Below, one piece after another: positions 1-9,118 of a stretch of DNA of 32,871 nt; within the stretch, counting starts at the first letter, position 1; every line of letters begins with the position of its first letter. The position numbers and the translations under genes were made by a program. The notes below the pieces were generated by a model. That model was not told the origin of the DNA and searched no databases. It was given only the letters and a program-made list of their open reading frames with translations. Source of the stretch: Syntrophobacteria bacterium (GTDB lineage Bacteria > Desulfobacterota > Syntrophobacteria > BM002); the NCBI GenBank assembly GCA_046538315.1, contig JBKHJD010000001.1:1-32871 (forward strand). Reading direction: 5' to 3'.

Positions 1-402
1 GTAAACGTTTTTACTCTGCGATTCAGAAATGCACTAACGGAGTATTCCTCAATCAGACAGAGCCGAACATATTAATAAAGCGGCAGCAAGGGAAGAGCTC
101 TATCTCCTTTCGGCAACGTTCTGCAACAACGGGGTACAGAACTGATCGGTCAGACTCGTAGCGCCATCGAGTGTAAGTTCTGCAAATAACGAGAGTTCAT
201 TGCCATAATGCTATCCGACGCCTCAAAACCACCATCATAAGAAGTGCCCTTCGCCAAAAGGCCAATCTTTCCTTGGAGCGCCTTGTTGGCAATGCTTCGA
301 CTTATCGGAAAGGGCTGCGCAGAAACGAAAATCTGGTTTTCCTGCGGCAGCCTGGCGATTTCCGCCAGAGCAATCAATGGCGGCAACTTGAGGAGTCCAA
401 AT

Positions 403-1080
403 ATGTTTATCGCGTCAGAGGCATGGAAAGAAGCCTATCCTGGAGCTGAAGTGGGGATACTCGCCATGGATCATGTTGCTAACCCAGAGCATCACCATGC
501 GCTTGACAGAGAGAAGCAACAACTTGAGAATGAGCTGCGCTCTCGTTTTGGTAACCTGGACAGGGCTGCGCTGAAAGGCCTTGGCGTCATTCAGGCATAT
601 AATTCTTACTACAAGCGTTTCAAAAAGACCTACCATGTACTACTGCAACTTGAGTCAGTAGTCCGTAAAGGGAAATCGATTCCTCGAGTGGCAGCGCTGG
701 TTGAAGCCATGTTCATGGCAGAGCTGAAAAACATGCTCCTTACAGCAGGCCATGACCTGGAAGTTTTGAAACCACCAGTGAGGATTGATGTGGCCGATGG
801 CAGCGAGAATTACACTCGAATCGACGGTCAAGAGCAAACGCCCCAGCCAATGGATATGTTCATAGCTGATACCCAGGGTATCCTCTCCACCGTGCTATAC
901 GGCCCTGATCGTCGCACCCGAATCACGCCCAGAACCGACCGGGTTTTCTTCACGGTGTATGCCCCTCCTGGCATTGGAAAGCAGCCTGTAGATGAACATC
1001 TACGCGATATCCAGACATACGTTTCGCTGATCGCGCCGAAAGCCGAAGTTGAGCTAATGGAAGTGTATGGTACGGATTAG
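403..1080 (+). CDS. stand-alone B3/B4 tRNA-binding-domain protein (PheT B3_4-like)
   Basis: ORF 244..1080 trimmed to ATG 403, which has GAGGAG at 391-396, 7 nt upstream. The strings YNSYYKRFKKTYHV, IPRVAALVEAMFMAEL and LTAGHDL match my recollection of COG3382-type B3/4 proteins. The family call is from recall, not a search. Confidence 0.7.
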   Translation: MFIASEAWKEAYPGAEVGILAMDHVANPEHHHALDREKQQLENELRSRFGNLDRAALKGLGVIQAYNSYYKRFKKTYHVLLQLESVVRKGKSIPRVAALVEAMFMAELKNMLLTAGHDLEVLKPPVRIDVADGSENYTRIDGQEQTPQPMDMFIADTQGILSTVLYGPDRRTRITPRTDRVFFTVYAPPGIGKQPVDEHLRDIQTYVSLIAPKAEVELMEVYGTD

Positions 1081-1380
1081 TTGTCGGACCCGGCTTCTCT
1101 TATGTGGTCTGCAACGTCTTTGCATCGTAATACCCGTACCGAGTGTGTCAAGTGTGGGTAAATATCATCGTCAAGGAGGAGAGAATGTGTGGGGTTTTCT
1201 GATGGACATCGGCGCGGATCAAGCAAAAAGAAAGCTCGCTCTGTGCTCTCCGTGTCTCTGTGGTGAATTGAATACTGTCAATCCGGAAACTCGTTTTTCC
1301 CCTCCGCTGGCGAGACGGGATGAAGGGGAAGGCCCCATGAACAACTACTACCTGTGCAGACTCAAATGGAGGGACAACAT

Positions 1381-1659
1381 ATGGACCTGAAGGTTTTGTT
1401 CACGACTTTCGGGATGATATTTCTTGCTGAATTGGGCGATAAAACGCAACTCGCCACCTTTGCTTTTGCTGCTGAGAGCAAATCCCGGCTTGCGGTGTTC
1501 TTCGGAGCTGCAGGCGCCCTTGCGCTCACATCCCTGCTTGCCGTCGTTTTCGGGGCTGCTGTAAGCAGGATAGTTCCGGAAAACTACATTAAAATAGGAG
1601 CCGGTGTGCTTTTCATCTTGATCGGTCTGTGGATGCTGGTATTTGAGGGCTCGAAATAG
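1381..1659 (+). CDS. UPF0016/GDT1 (TMEM165) family cation transporter, half-size single-repeat form (92 aa)
   Basis: ORF 1354..1659 trimmed to ATG 1381, with GGAGGG at 1368-1373. It has three hydrophobic segments and the family signature E-x-G-D-K-T (FLAELGDKTQLAT). Confidence 0.75.
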   Translation: MDLKVLFTTFGMIFLAELGDKTQLATFAFAAESKSRLAVFFGAAGALALTSLLAVVFGAAVSRIVPENYIKIGAGVLFILIGLWMLVFEGSK

Positions 1660-1886
1660 ATAAAACAAATTCCAACAGTAATCACAGTTGTCAAAAAACG
1701 CAAATCTGAAATAACATCAAAGAGGGGTCAAGTCTGCTTTTGGCTTTCATTCAGCCTCCTTTCGAGCTTTTCAAGCTGGCTACGCACAGAAGGGTCTTGC
1801 TTGGTTTGGACCTTTACCCGCCTCACCGCACTGCTTACTGTGCTGTAGCTGTATAAAGATTCTATGAACTTCGGCTGGGTCGATAC

Positions 1887-2612
1887 ATGGCTAGTTATGT
1901 TGGAATAGATGGCTGTAAGGCTGGGTGGTTCGTAGTGACTCTGATTGACCGTAGGGGATGGAAAATCAATGTATTCAATAACGTTGAGGAAATTTGGAAA
2001 AATCTATCTTATGCAACGTTGCTGTTGATTGACATCCCTATAGGTTTGCACGATACAGGTGATAAGAGTCGCTCCTGTGACATAGAGGCCCGAAGGCTTC
2101 TCGGTTCGCCCCGGACCTCTAGTGTATTTACGCCCCCCTTGCGCCCTGCACTAGAATTCGTTGAACGCGTGAAAGCATCTGAGAAGAATCACTTGCTTTC
2201 CGCACGCAGGATCGGAGTTCAGACCTGGGGGATAGTTTCAAAGATCCGCGAGGTGGATCATTTTCTGAGGAGAGTGCTTGAAGCCAGAAAAAAAATCAGG
2301 GAGGTCCACCCTGAAGTACTTTTCTGGGCGCTCAACGCCGGCAAAGCGATGTCCAACAACAAAAGCCAGCGGCAGGGATTTGAAGAGCGGCTTCAGGTTT
2401 TGCGGAAACATTTCTCGGCAAGCGATGCACTATTGGAAGAGGCGCTGTCTGCTTTTCCTCGCAAGATTGTTGCCCGTGACGACATAATTGATGCTCTGGC
2501 GGCTGCCGTCACGGCACTGAATGGCGATGGGAATCTATCTTCGATTTCCGAGCGACCCGAACGTGATGGGTTCGGGCTTCCCATGGAGATGGTTTATTAC
2601 TTTCAATCATAA
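1887..2612 (+). CDS. DUF429 domain protein (predicted RNase-H-fold nuclease)
   Basis: 241-aa ORF. The strings VGIDGCKAGW, DIPIGL and CDIEARRLLG..SSVFTPP are typical of DUF429 as I recall it. The RBS is weak. Confidence 0.65.
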   Translation: MASYVGIDGCKAGWFVVTLIDRRGWKINVFNNVEEIWKNLSYATLLLIDIPIGLHDTGDKSRSCDIEARRLLGSPRTSSVFTPPLRPALEFVERVKASEKNHLLSARRIGVQTWGIVSKIREVDHFLRRVLEARKKIREVHPEVLFWALNAGKAMSNNKSQRQGFEERLQVLRKHFSASDALLEEALSAFPRKIVARDDIIDALAAAVTALNGDGNLSSISERPERDGFGLPMEMVYYFQS

Positions 2613-2728
2613 ATGCGCAAAGAATTTGTCCTTCCTGTACCTTCGTCACCACTTGCCATCAATTTCGGTGCCGAGACAACCCTTTGAACGTGCTTCTACA
2701 CGATCAGGCCTCCGTGAGCTCTTGCTTT

Positions 2729-3079
2729 TTAAACGGCGAACGGCTCCGCCCTTACAAAGATTTTTGCCGGCGGTTCCTCGAAATATCGGTAGAGCGCCAG
2801 GCACAACCAGCCTTCCATCGGTGGATCATCCAGCCTGTACCAGTGACCACCATACTCTTCCCGAAGCCAGGAGATTTCCTTCTGGTAGCCTGGGAAAGGG
2901 CTTGCGGCAAAAAGAAGGCGAAACCCGTTCTGCGCCTCCGGTATGTCTTTGACCAGTTCGTCGATCATCTCCGGAATCCCGCAGACGAAGGGCTCCCTCT
3001 CCAGACCCACGCCCGGATCGTCGAACACCCACGTCCCTTCAAACCGGTACGGCGCAATAATCCTAAAGACGTTACCCAT
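2729..3079 (-). CDS. conserved small hypothetical protein (116 aa)
   Basis: ORF 2729..3106 trimmed to ATG 3079, with GGAG about 8 nt upstream on the minus strand. MGNVFRIIAPYRFEGTWVFDDPGVGLEREPFVCGIPEMID resembles a widespread DUF family that I cannot name reliably. Confidence 0.55.
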   Translation of the reverse strand: MGNVFRIIAPYRFEGTWVFDDPGVGLEREPFVCGIPEMIDELVKDIPEAQNGFRLLFAASPFPGYQKEISWLREEYGGHWYRLDDPPMEGWLCLALYRYFEEPPAKIFVRAEPFAV

Positions 3080-3194
3080 TGCCGCTTTCTCCAAGGGCTC
3101 CTGCATCTTTTACCCATTTCAGCCCAAGGCTGTTTTGGGTAACTATCAAAGAGATTCCGATCAGGGTCATGTGTTTTGCCCTGGACGACACCGC

Positions 3195-4184
3195 TCATGG
3201 GCCTCGGGGATTGTCATGCGCAGGCGCTCTTTTTTCCAGGTACGCTTCGGTCAGCTCCAGCGCCCCTTCACGGGTCGCCAGGCGGATCTTGCCGTAGAGC
3301 TCCCGGCAGTCATGCAGTTGCAACTGATCCACCAGCCGGTTGACCCTGACCTCATCCTCACTGTGAGGCGCTTCGGATACGCCTGGCAGGAGCTCTTCTT
3401 TGTTAATCAGCTTGATGTAGATCAGGCTCCGGGCCGCCAGCAGACGCGCCAGATCCTCCCCCAGTCGATCATGGAAGGAGTAGTGAAGGGTGAGGACATC
3501 TCCTGGCCCCAGATTCCGCCGTTTCCCCTGGAGCTTTTTCACCACGGGGGCGAGAAGGAAGACCGTGCGGACTTTTTCGCGGCCCGCCGCTTCCTGCCGC
3601 AGGTACCGATACAGGGGATAGTGGATGTAGCCAGCTTCCACGTAGGTAGCCTCATCGGGCGTTCTCAATGAGGCGATTGCCCTGGCCCGAAGCCGCTCCC
3701 TGAGGACGAGACGCGAGGCATCGGCGCGGGCAAATTCCTTGACCGCATCTACAACCGTCTCGAAGGGGGAATCCATGCTGCGGGCATAGTAGGCAATAAG
3801 AGTCCCGGTTGCCCATTTCTCGGCCATATAGACTTCCCTCAGCTCAGCCAGGTGCATGACATCGTCCGGGCTTTTACCCGCAGCAAAGAGTTCGTGGATC
3901 TGGAGCAGTTTCTCCAGGTAGGGCTCCACCTGGATGATCCGCCGGCCGCGATGGTGAAGCTCCCGCAAAAGAGAGCACATCCTCCTTTCAAATTCTGGAA
4001 ATCCCGAATCCAGCTCCAGGATGTACTCATCAATGGAAAGCTTCCCTTCCAGCATGAGAGTGAAATTTGTCGACGGCGGCTCCTCGAGCACAATTACCTG
4101 ATGCCGCTCCATCTGCTCGCGGGCAAAAGGCAACACCTCCACGTGGTGGGATGAAAACCCGACGGTGATCATGGGTTCTTTCAC
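3195..4184 (-). CDS. hypothetical protein (329 aa), function unknown
   Basis: Long ORF with a GTG start at 4184, preceded by GGAGGG (complement of 4189-4194) with a 4-nt spacer. Alternative ATG at 4172. There is a weak, speculative resemblance to the TraB/GumN/ChaN (Tiki) layout (VGFSSHHVE ... VIVLEEP ... EAGYIHY). Confidence 0.6.
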   Translation of the reverse strand: MKEPMITVGFSSHHVEVLPFAREQMERHQVIVLEEPPSTNFTLMLEGKLSIDEYILELDSGFPEFERRMCSLLRELHHRGRRIIQVEPYLEKLLQIHELFAAGKSPDDVMHLAELREVYMAEKWATGTLIAYYARSMDSPFETVVDAVKEFARADASRLVLRERLRARAIASLRTPDEATYVEAGYIHYPLYRYLRQEAAGREKVRTVFLLAPVVKKLQGKRRNLGPGDVLTLHYSFHDRLGEDLARLLAARSLIYIKLINKEELLPGVSEAPHSEDEVRVNRLVDQLQLHDCRELYGKIRLATREGALELTEAYLEKRAPAHDNPRGP

Positions 4185-4293
4185 AGGACCCTCCGCTGTC
4201 CCTCGCAGAGAGTCCCGTTTGAAGACAACGGACGACCGATGATGAACAGTAGCCCGGTTGAGGCGTTCTCCGGCTCAACCGGAGGTGAGCCTG

Positions 4294-4929
4294 CTAGATT
4301 TCTATGACTTTCCCCACTCCCCCCGGGATATATATGTCCGGATAGAGCTCTTGTATCCTCTTTTTGTGTTGCGTGCAGTGGGTCGGACACACCAGATCGA
4401 GGCCTTCGAGAAGATCGAAATCGCTGAACCCGTGCAGCCCGCCGATCAGCGCATGCACCTCGCCGAATTTCGCTGCCGCCCCAAGGATATCTCGTACCCC
4501 CGGATGCGAACATCCGGCGATGACCGCCGCCCCCCTCTCCGTTGTAACCACAAGTGATTGCTCCATGTTATGCAATGTGCCGGTTGAAAAAATGTTTTCA
4601 TAGATCTCGCCCGCATCCTTGATTTTCACTACCTCTTTCGCCCCGGACGGCTCCCTGCATGTTGTCGGCAGGAACACTGTGCAGGAGTTGAGCGCAAGCA
4701 AATCTTCAAGCCCGCCCACGTGATCCCAGTGGCTGTGCGAGATAACAATACTCTCGATTCTGTTGGGATCCACGCCCAGTTCCTTCATGTTACTGAGAAG
4801 GATCGAGCCTCTTGCACCCGTATCAAAAAGTAACTCCCTGCCGTGGGCTTCCACAAAACAGGAAAATCCCCAATCAGCCTTGAGTCCCTTCTGCCATGCA
4901 TCGTTATCGTACACAATGGTCAGTTTCAT
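4294..4929 (-). CDS. MBL-fold metallo-hydrolase (short COG1237-like form, 211 aa)
   Basis: HxHxDH motif (ISHSHWDHVGG) and later His/Asp positions (AGCSHPG, GGLHG). GGAGG lies 7 nt upstream of ATG 4929. Confidence 0.8.
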   Translation of the reverse strand: MKLTIVYDNDAWQKGLKADWGFSCFVEAHGRELLFDTGARGSILLSNMKELGVDPNRIESIVISHSHWDHVGGLEDLLALNSCTVFLPTTCREPSGAKEVVKIKDAGEIYENIFSTGTLHNMEQSLVVTTERGAAVIAGCSHPGVRDILGAAAKFGEVHALIGGLHGFSDFDLLEGLDLVCPTHCTQHKKRIQELYPDIYIPGGVGKVIEI

Positions 4930-5034
4930 CTTGGCACCTCCGGATGTCAGGCATAATCCTGACGGTGTTATCTACCACAAGGACGAAGCGGCCGATGGTT
5001 TACGGCCGGGAATCGTCTTTTTTTTCTGCGGCCC

Positions 5035-6405
5035 TTATCTGATGTCCGCAGTTCGGTCGTATTGGGCAGCCTGGATGGATCCGCCAATCTTTCTCACCCT
5101 GGCCATCACTTCCTGCTTGTCGGCAAAAAGTATCCGGCCCCGGCGCATGACAACCCTGCCGTCAATGACCACATCACGAACATCAGCTCCCCTAGCCGCA
5201 TACACCAGGTGAGAACACGGCTCATACATCGGGGTCAGATGTGGTTGGTCAAGATCTATGGTGATGATGTCTGCCTTCTTGCCGGTCTCCAGTGACCCGA
5301 TTTCATCTGCCATACCCAAAGCGGCGGCCCCTCCTCTAGTGGCCATGTTCGTGACCTCCACGGCAGAACAGACGGCTGGATCACCCCGGTGGACCTTGTG
5401 AAGTTTGGCTGCAGTGTCCATTTCCTTGAACATGTCCAGGTTATTGTTGCTGGCGCAGCCGTCGGTTCCCAGTCCCACTTTAACTCCCGCGGCGATCATC
5501 TCCGGGACCGGAGCCACCCCTGAGGCCAACTTCATGTTACTCTCCGGGTTATGGGAAACCCCCACCCCGCCATGGGCCAGGAGCTCTATTTCCTCTCCAT
5601 CCACCCAGACCGCATGGTGGCAAACGGTAGCGGCATCCAGCAGGCCCAGGTCCTGGAGATGCTTGACCGGCGGCCGGCCATGAAGCCGCTGCACCTCTTC
5701 CACCTCTGCCCGGGTCTCCGCCAGGTGAATCTGCAAGAGGACCCCGTGCCCCGTGCAGATTTCCTTGGCCCGGCGCAGGGTCCCGGGCGAGCAGGTATAG
5801 GCCGAATGACAGAAAATGCTTGGCCTGAGGCGGGTTGATTTGCCCTGCCAGCGAAAAATGAAGGCCTCTGCCGCTTTTAGGTTCGCCCTGGGATCAGGCA
5901 CACCGAGAGCGGGAAAATCGACCACTCCCTGGGCGACGATTGCCCGAATGCCGCTCTCAGCCACCGCCTTTGCCGCACTGCCCTCATAGAAATAGCCGTC
6001 ACAACAGGTGGTCGTACCGCTTCCGATCATCTCCACTACCGCCAGCATCGACCCCCAGTAGACAGAGTCCTCATTGATGTGCCGGGCCTCGGCCGGGAAG
6101 ATGTGCTCATGGAGCCATTGCTTGAGGGGAAGGTCATCAGCCAGACCACGGAAGCAGGTCATGGCCGCGTGCGTGTGCATATTGATCAGGCCCGGCATGA
6201 CCAGACACCCGGCGGCGTCCAGCCGCTCCCGTGCTTGAATCTCCTCTGCCAGAATCGAGGCCTTGCCCACGGCAACAATCCGGTCCCCGGAAACGGCCAC
6301 TGCACCCTCGCTCCACGTTTCCCGCTCCTGGTTCATGGTCAGCACCAGGCCGCCGGAAATCAGCAGGTCAGCAAGAGTCTTGCTGTCTTTACTGGATTCC
6401 ATCAC
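5035..6405 (-). CDS. mtaD: amidohydrolase, 5'-methylthioadenosine/S-adenosylhomocysteine (MtaD/DadD-type) deaminase, paralog 1
   Basis: 456 aa. It carries MPGLINMHTHAAMTCFRGLADDLPL (HxH metal site), HLAET and GLGTDGCASNNNLDMF, typical of the MtaD/TM0936 subgroup of the amidohydrolase superfamily. Confidence 0.85.
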   Translation of the reverse strand: MMESSKDSKTLADLLISGGLVLTMNQERETWSEGAVAVSGDRIVAVGKASILAEEIQARERLDAAGCLVMPGLINMHTHAAMTCFRGLADDLPLKQWLHEHIFPAEARHINEDSVYWGSMLAVVEMIGSGTTTCCDGYFYEGSAAKAVAESGIRAIVAQGVVDFPALGVPDPRANLKAAEAFIFRWQGKSTRLRPSIFCHSAYTCSPGTLRRAKEICTGHGVLLQIHLAETRAEVEEVQRLHGRPPVKHLQDLGLLDAATVCHHAVWVDGEEIELLAHGGVGVSHNPESNMKLASGVAPVPEMIAAGVKVGLGTDGCASNNNLDMFKEMDTAAKLHKVHRGDPAVCSAVEVTNMATRGGAAALGMADEIGSLETGKKADIITIDLDQPHLTPMYEPCSHLVYAARGADVRDVVIDGRVVMRRGRILFADKQEVMARVRKIGGSIQAAQYDRTADIR

Positions 6406-6504
6406 TCACATCCCGGTACACCGCCAAAAAGCGCACATCGCCTTTCCCTGTTCTGTGCGGAAGGAAGCCTCGTTTTGAAACCTTCTGTCTCTGTCCCAGG
6501 CGTC

Positions 6505-7836
6505 CTAGCCCTTGATCTTCCGGGCAATGGCCCGCACCTCGGCCATCACCCTCTCTACATCCAGGCTGAGCAGCTGACGGTTTTGCATTACTACGCGACC
6601 ATTGATCACAGTGAGAACCACGTCAGCGGCAGAGGCCGCGTACACCAGATGGGAGTAGATGTTGTAGAGGGGAGTCAGATGCGGCCTGTCCAGATCAAGG
6701 CCTATGAGGTCTGCCTTCTTGCCCTGCTCCAGGCTGCCCACCTTCCCATCAAGACCAAGAACCCGAGCTCCCCCTCTGGTAGCCAGGCGCACAACAGTCT
6801 CGGCAGCCATCACCGTTGGATCGCCCCTGTGAACCTTGTGCAGCTTGGCGGCCGTGTCCATCTCTTCTAGGATGTCCAGGTTATTATTGCTCGCACAGCC
6901 ATCCGTGCCCAACCCCACGGGCACGCCCCGTGCCAGGAGATCCGGCACCGGAGCCACCCCGGAAGCAAGCTTCATGTTGCTCTCAGGGTTGTGCACCACC
7001 CGGACACCGTGTTCCGCCAGAAGGTCCATCTCTTCATCGGTAAGCACCACGCAGTGATCGGCGATGAGTTGTGGCCACAGCAGGCCCAGTCGCTCCAGGT
7101 GGCCCACCGGCGAAGCCCCGTATCTCTCTCTTACCTGCCTCACTTCCTCCTCGGACTCGCAGAGGTGGATTATCATGGGCACCTGGTACTCATCGCTCAC
7201 TTCCTTGCAGCCTCGCAGGAGCTCCGGAGAACAGGTGTATACCGCGTGCGGCTCCACGGCTACAGAAACGAGCGGATCGCCTTGCCAGGTGCGGATCAGA
7301 TCGCGGGTGAAGGCAAGACCTTGCTGCGGCGGCCCGTAGTTGGGAGAAGGGAAATCGTAGAGTACCTCCCCCACCAGAGCCCTTATGCCGACATCACGCG
7401 CCGCCCTGCCCACCTGATCTTCAAACAAATACATATCACAAAAGGTGGTGGTGCCGCCAAGGATCATTTCGGCACAGGCGAGCAATGTGCCCTGATAGAT
7501 GAGTTTTCCGTTGATTTTTCGTTCGGCGGGGAAGATGTGATCGTTGAGCCAGGTAATTAGCGGCAGGTCGTCGGCCAGACCCCGAAAACAGGTCATGGCG
7601 GCGTGGGTGTGGGCATTGATAAGCCCCGGCATGATCAACCCGCCGCCCATGTCCAGCCGCTCCACCGGTTCCAGGTGTGAACACCACTGGTCTTCGGGGC
7701 CTACCCAGAGGATCTCGTCGTTGCGGATACCCACCGCGCCGGGATGGTAGATATCATCCGCGTCATTTACGGTCAGTACGAGGGCGTTGTGGATCAGCAG
7801 GTCAACCGCAATTTTAGGCTCCGTGCGCTGGTTCAT
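6505..7836 (-). CDS. mtaD: amidohydrolase, MtaD/DadD-type nucleoside deaminase, paralog 2
   Basis: ORF 6505..7986 trimmed to ATG 7836 (MNQRTEPKIAVDLLIHNALV), with GGAG 9-12 nt upstream. The first 50 aa of the long ORF look non-coding. It has the same signature strings as paralog 1 (MPGLINAHTHAAMTCFRGLADDLPL; GLGTDGCASNNNLDIL). Confidence 0.85.
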   Translation of the reverse strand: MNQRTEPKIAVDLLIHNALVLTVNDADDIYHPGAVGIRNDEILWVGPEDQWCSHLEPVERLDMGGGLIMPGLINAHTHAAMTCFRGLADDLPLITWLNDHIFPAERKINGKLIYQGTLLACAEMILGGTTTFCDMYLFEDQVGRAARDVGIRALVGEVLYDFPSPNYGPPQQGLAFTRDLIRTWQGDPLVSVAVEPHAVYTCSPELLRGCKEVSDEYQVPMIIHLCESEEEVRQVRERYGASPVGHLERLGLLWPQLIADHCVVLTDEEMDLLAEHGVRVVHNPESNMKLASGVAPVPDLLARGVPVGLGTDGCASNNNLDILEEMDTAAKLHKVHRGDPTVMAAETVVRLATRGGARVLGLDGKVGSLEQGKKADLIGLDLDRPHLTPLYNIYSHLVYAASAADVVLTVINGRVVMQNRQLLSLDVERVMAEVRAIARKIKG

Positions 7837-7897
7837 AAGTATGGCTCCATGTCGAGGCCGGTATGCCCGCCGTCCTGTGCAGGGTGTCCTGTCTGGT

Positions 7898-9118
7898 TCA
7901 TACGAGGATACCGGCAATGGTTGCAGTGAGAAAAGCAGCCAGGGATCCCGAGATGATGGCGCGGATTCCGAGTCTGGCCAGATCATGACGGCGCCCGGGC
8001 GCCATGCCGCCGATACCGGCGATCATGATACCCAGTGAGCCGAAATTTGCGAAGCCGCAGAGAGCATACGTGGCGATAGTGAGCGACCTGGCGCTCAGGA
8101 CGATCTCGCCGCTGGCCAAACCTTTCGCAAGGTTGAGGTAGGCCACGAACTCATTGAGCACGGTTTTCTGTCCAAGCAGCGACCCCACCTGGACCATCTC
8201 GTTCCACGGAACCCCCATGAGAAAGGCAATGGGGGCAAAAAGCCAGCCGAGTACGGTTTCAAAACTGGTTCCGAACAGTCCAAAAAAGGCATTGACCATA
8301 GCTACAAGCGCAATGAAGGCAATGAGCATGGCCGCCACGCTTATCGCCAGGTACACGCCATCCGAGGCGCCGCGCGCCGCCGCATCGATGAAGTTTACAT
8401 CATGCTTTTCGAAGGAAGTCTTCACCGTTCCGGCGGTCTGGGGAGTTTGCGTCTCCGGGATCATGATCTTGGAGATCACCACAGCGGCAGGAGCGCTCAT
8501 AAGACTGGCCGCGAGGATATGTCCGGCCACTTCAGGAAAGTGCGGCTGCAAGATGCCGATATAGGCGGCCATCACACTGCCGGCGATGGTCGCCATGCCA
8601 ACGCTCATCAGGCAGAAGAGTTCCGATTCGGTCATCTGCTCGATGTAGGGTCGCACCAGAAGGGGGGCCTCCACCATGCCTACAAAGACGTTTGCCGCGC
8701 TGCCCAGCGCTTCGGCTCCGGACAGCCCGAGAGTTCTGGTAAAGATGCGTGCCATTTGCCGAACCAGCCACTGGAGGATACCGAAATGATAGAAGATGGC
8801 CGACAGCGAGGAGAAGAAAATAATCACCGGAAGCACCTGCACCGCCACAATAAGGCCGAATTTCTTTGTGGAGACCAGGTCCCCGAAAACAAAGCGGGAG
8901 CCGGCTTCGGTAAAACCGATCAGTTCTGCCGCACCACGACCTGCCAGATGAAAGAACTGGTGGCCGAGGCGGGTCTGAAGAACCACGAGGGCGAGCAAGA
9001 ACTGCAGGGCAATCCCGCCGAGAATGGTTCGCCAGGAAAGGCGTCTGCGGTCTGTGCAGAAGAGAAAGGCAAGAAAAAGCAAGCCGGGAATCCCCAGCAC
9101 GGAAAACAGTCGCCCCAT
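7898..9118 (-). CDS. nupC: NupC/CNT-family concentrative nucleoside transporter
   Basis: 406 aa and polytopic. The strings GFTEAGSRFVFG, SGAEALGSAANVFVGMVEAPLLVRPY and ATYALCGFANFGSLGI are characteristic of NupC family proteins. Confidence 0.85.
   Translation of the reverse strand: MGRLFSVLGIPGLLFLAFLFCTDRRRLSWRTILGGIALQFLLALVVLQTRLGHQFFHLAGRGAAELIGFTEAGSRFVFGDLVSTKKFGLIVAVQVLPVIIFFSSLSAIFYHFGILQWLVRQMARIFTRTLGLSGAEALGSAANVFVGMVEAPLLVRPYIEQMTESELFCLMSVGMATIAGSVMAAYIGILQPHFPEVAGHILAASLMSAPAAVVISKIMIPETQTPQTAGTVKTSFEKHDVNFIDAAARGASDGVYLAISVAAMLIAFIALVAMVNAFFGLFGTSFETVLGWLFAPIAFLMGVPWNEMVQVGSLLGQKTVLNEFVAYLNLAKGLASGEIVLSARSLTIATYALCGFANFGSLGIMIAGIGGMAPGRRHDLARLGIRAIISGSLAAFLTATIAGILV

Noticed and set aside
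150-386. A 78-aa minus-strand ORF at the left edge.
   Set aside because: It has a TTG start with no RBS and no recognisable family, and it overlaps the promoter/RBS region of the B3/4 gene. It may be a gene relic, but I cannot support it as a CDS.
1150-1380. A yybP-ykoY Mn2+ riboswitch upstream of the UPF0016 gene.
   Set aside because: I could not find the highly conserved GGGGAGUAG and UUGACAUA...AGCAAGACC segments. Only vague look-alikes are present (GGAGGAGAGAAUG, GGACAUC, CAAGCAAAAAG), and they are too close together for the four-helix architecture. It is left as a cmsearch check, not called as a feature.
1660-1886. A strong AAGGAGG followed by a 19-aa ORF, and a start-less coiled-coil-like frame (..QLEKLERRLNESQKQT*), both on the minus strand.
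   Set aside because: The ORF is too short and the SD-to-ATG spacing of 4 nt is poor. The longer frame has no start codon and runs antisense into the DUF429 gene. It is possibly a relic and is mentioned under the left-flank finding, but not annotated.
7837-7986. N-terminal extensions of track ORFs: 6505..7986, 11391..13388, 17240..18373, 18792..19031, 21114..21590, 24073..24750, 30201..31439, 32092..32733 and 244..1080.
   Set aside because: In each case an internal ATG has a proper Shine-Dalgarno sequence and gives an N-terminus matching the family norm. The extension is compositionally odd or overlaps the upstream gene, so the shorter starts were used.
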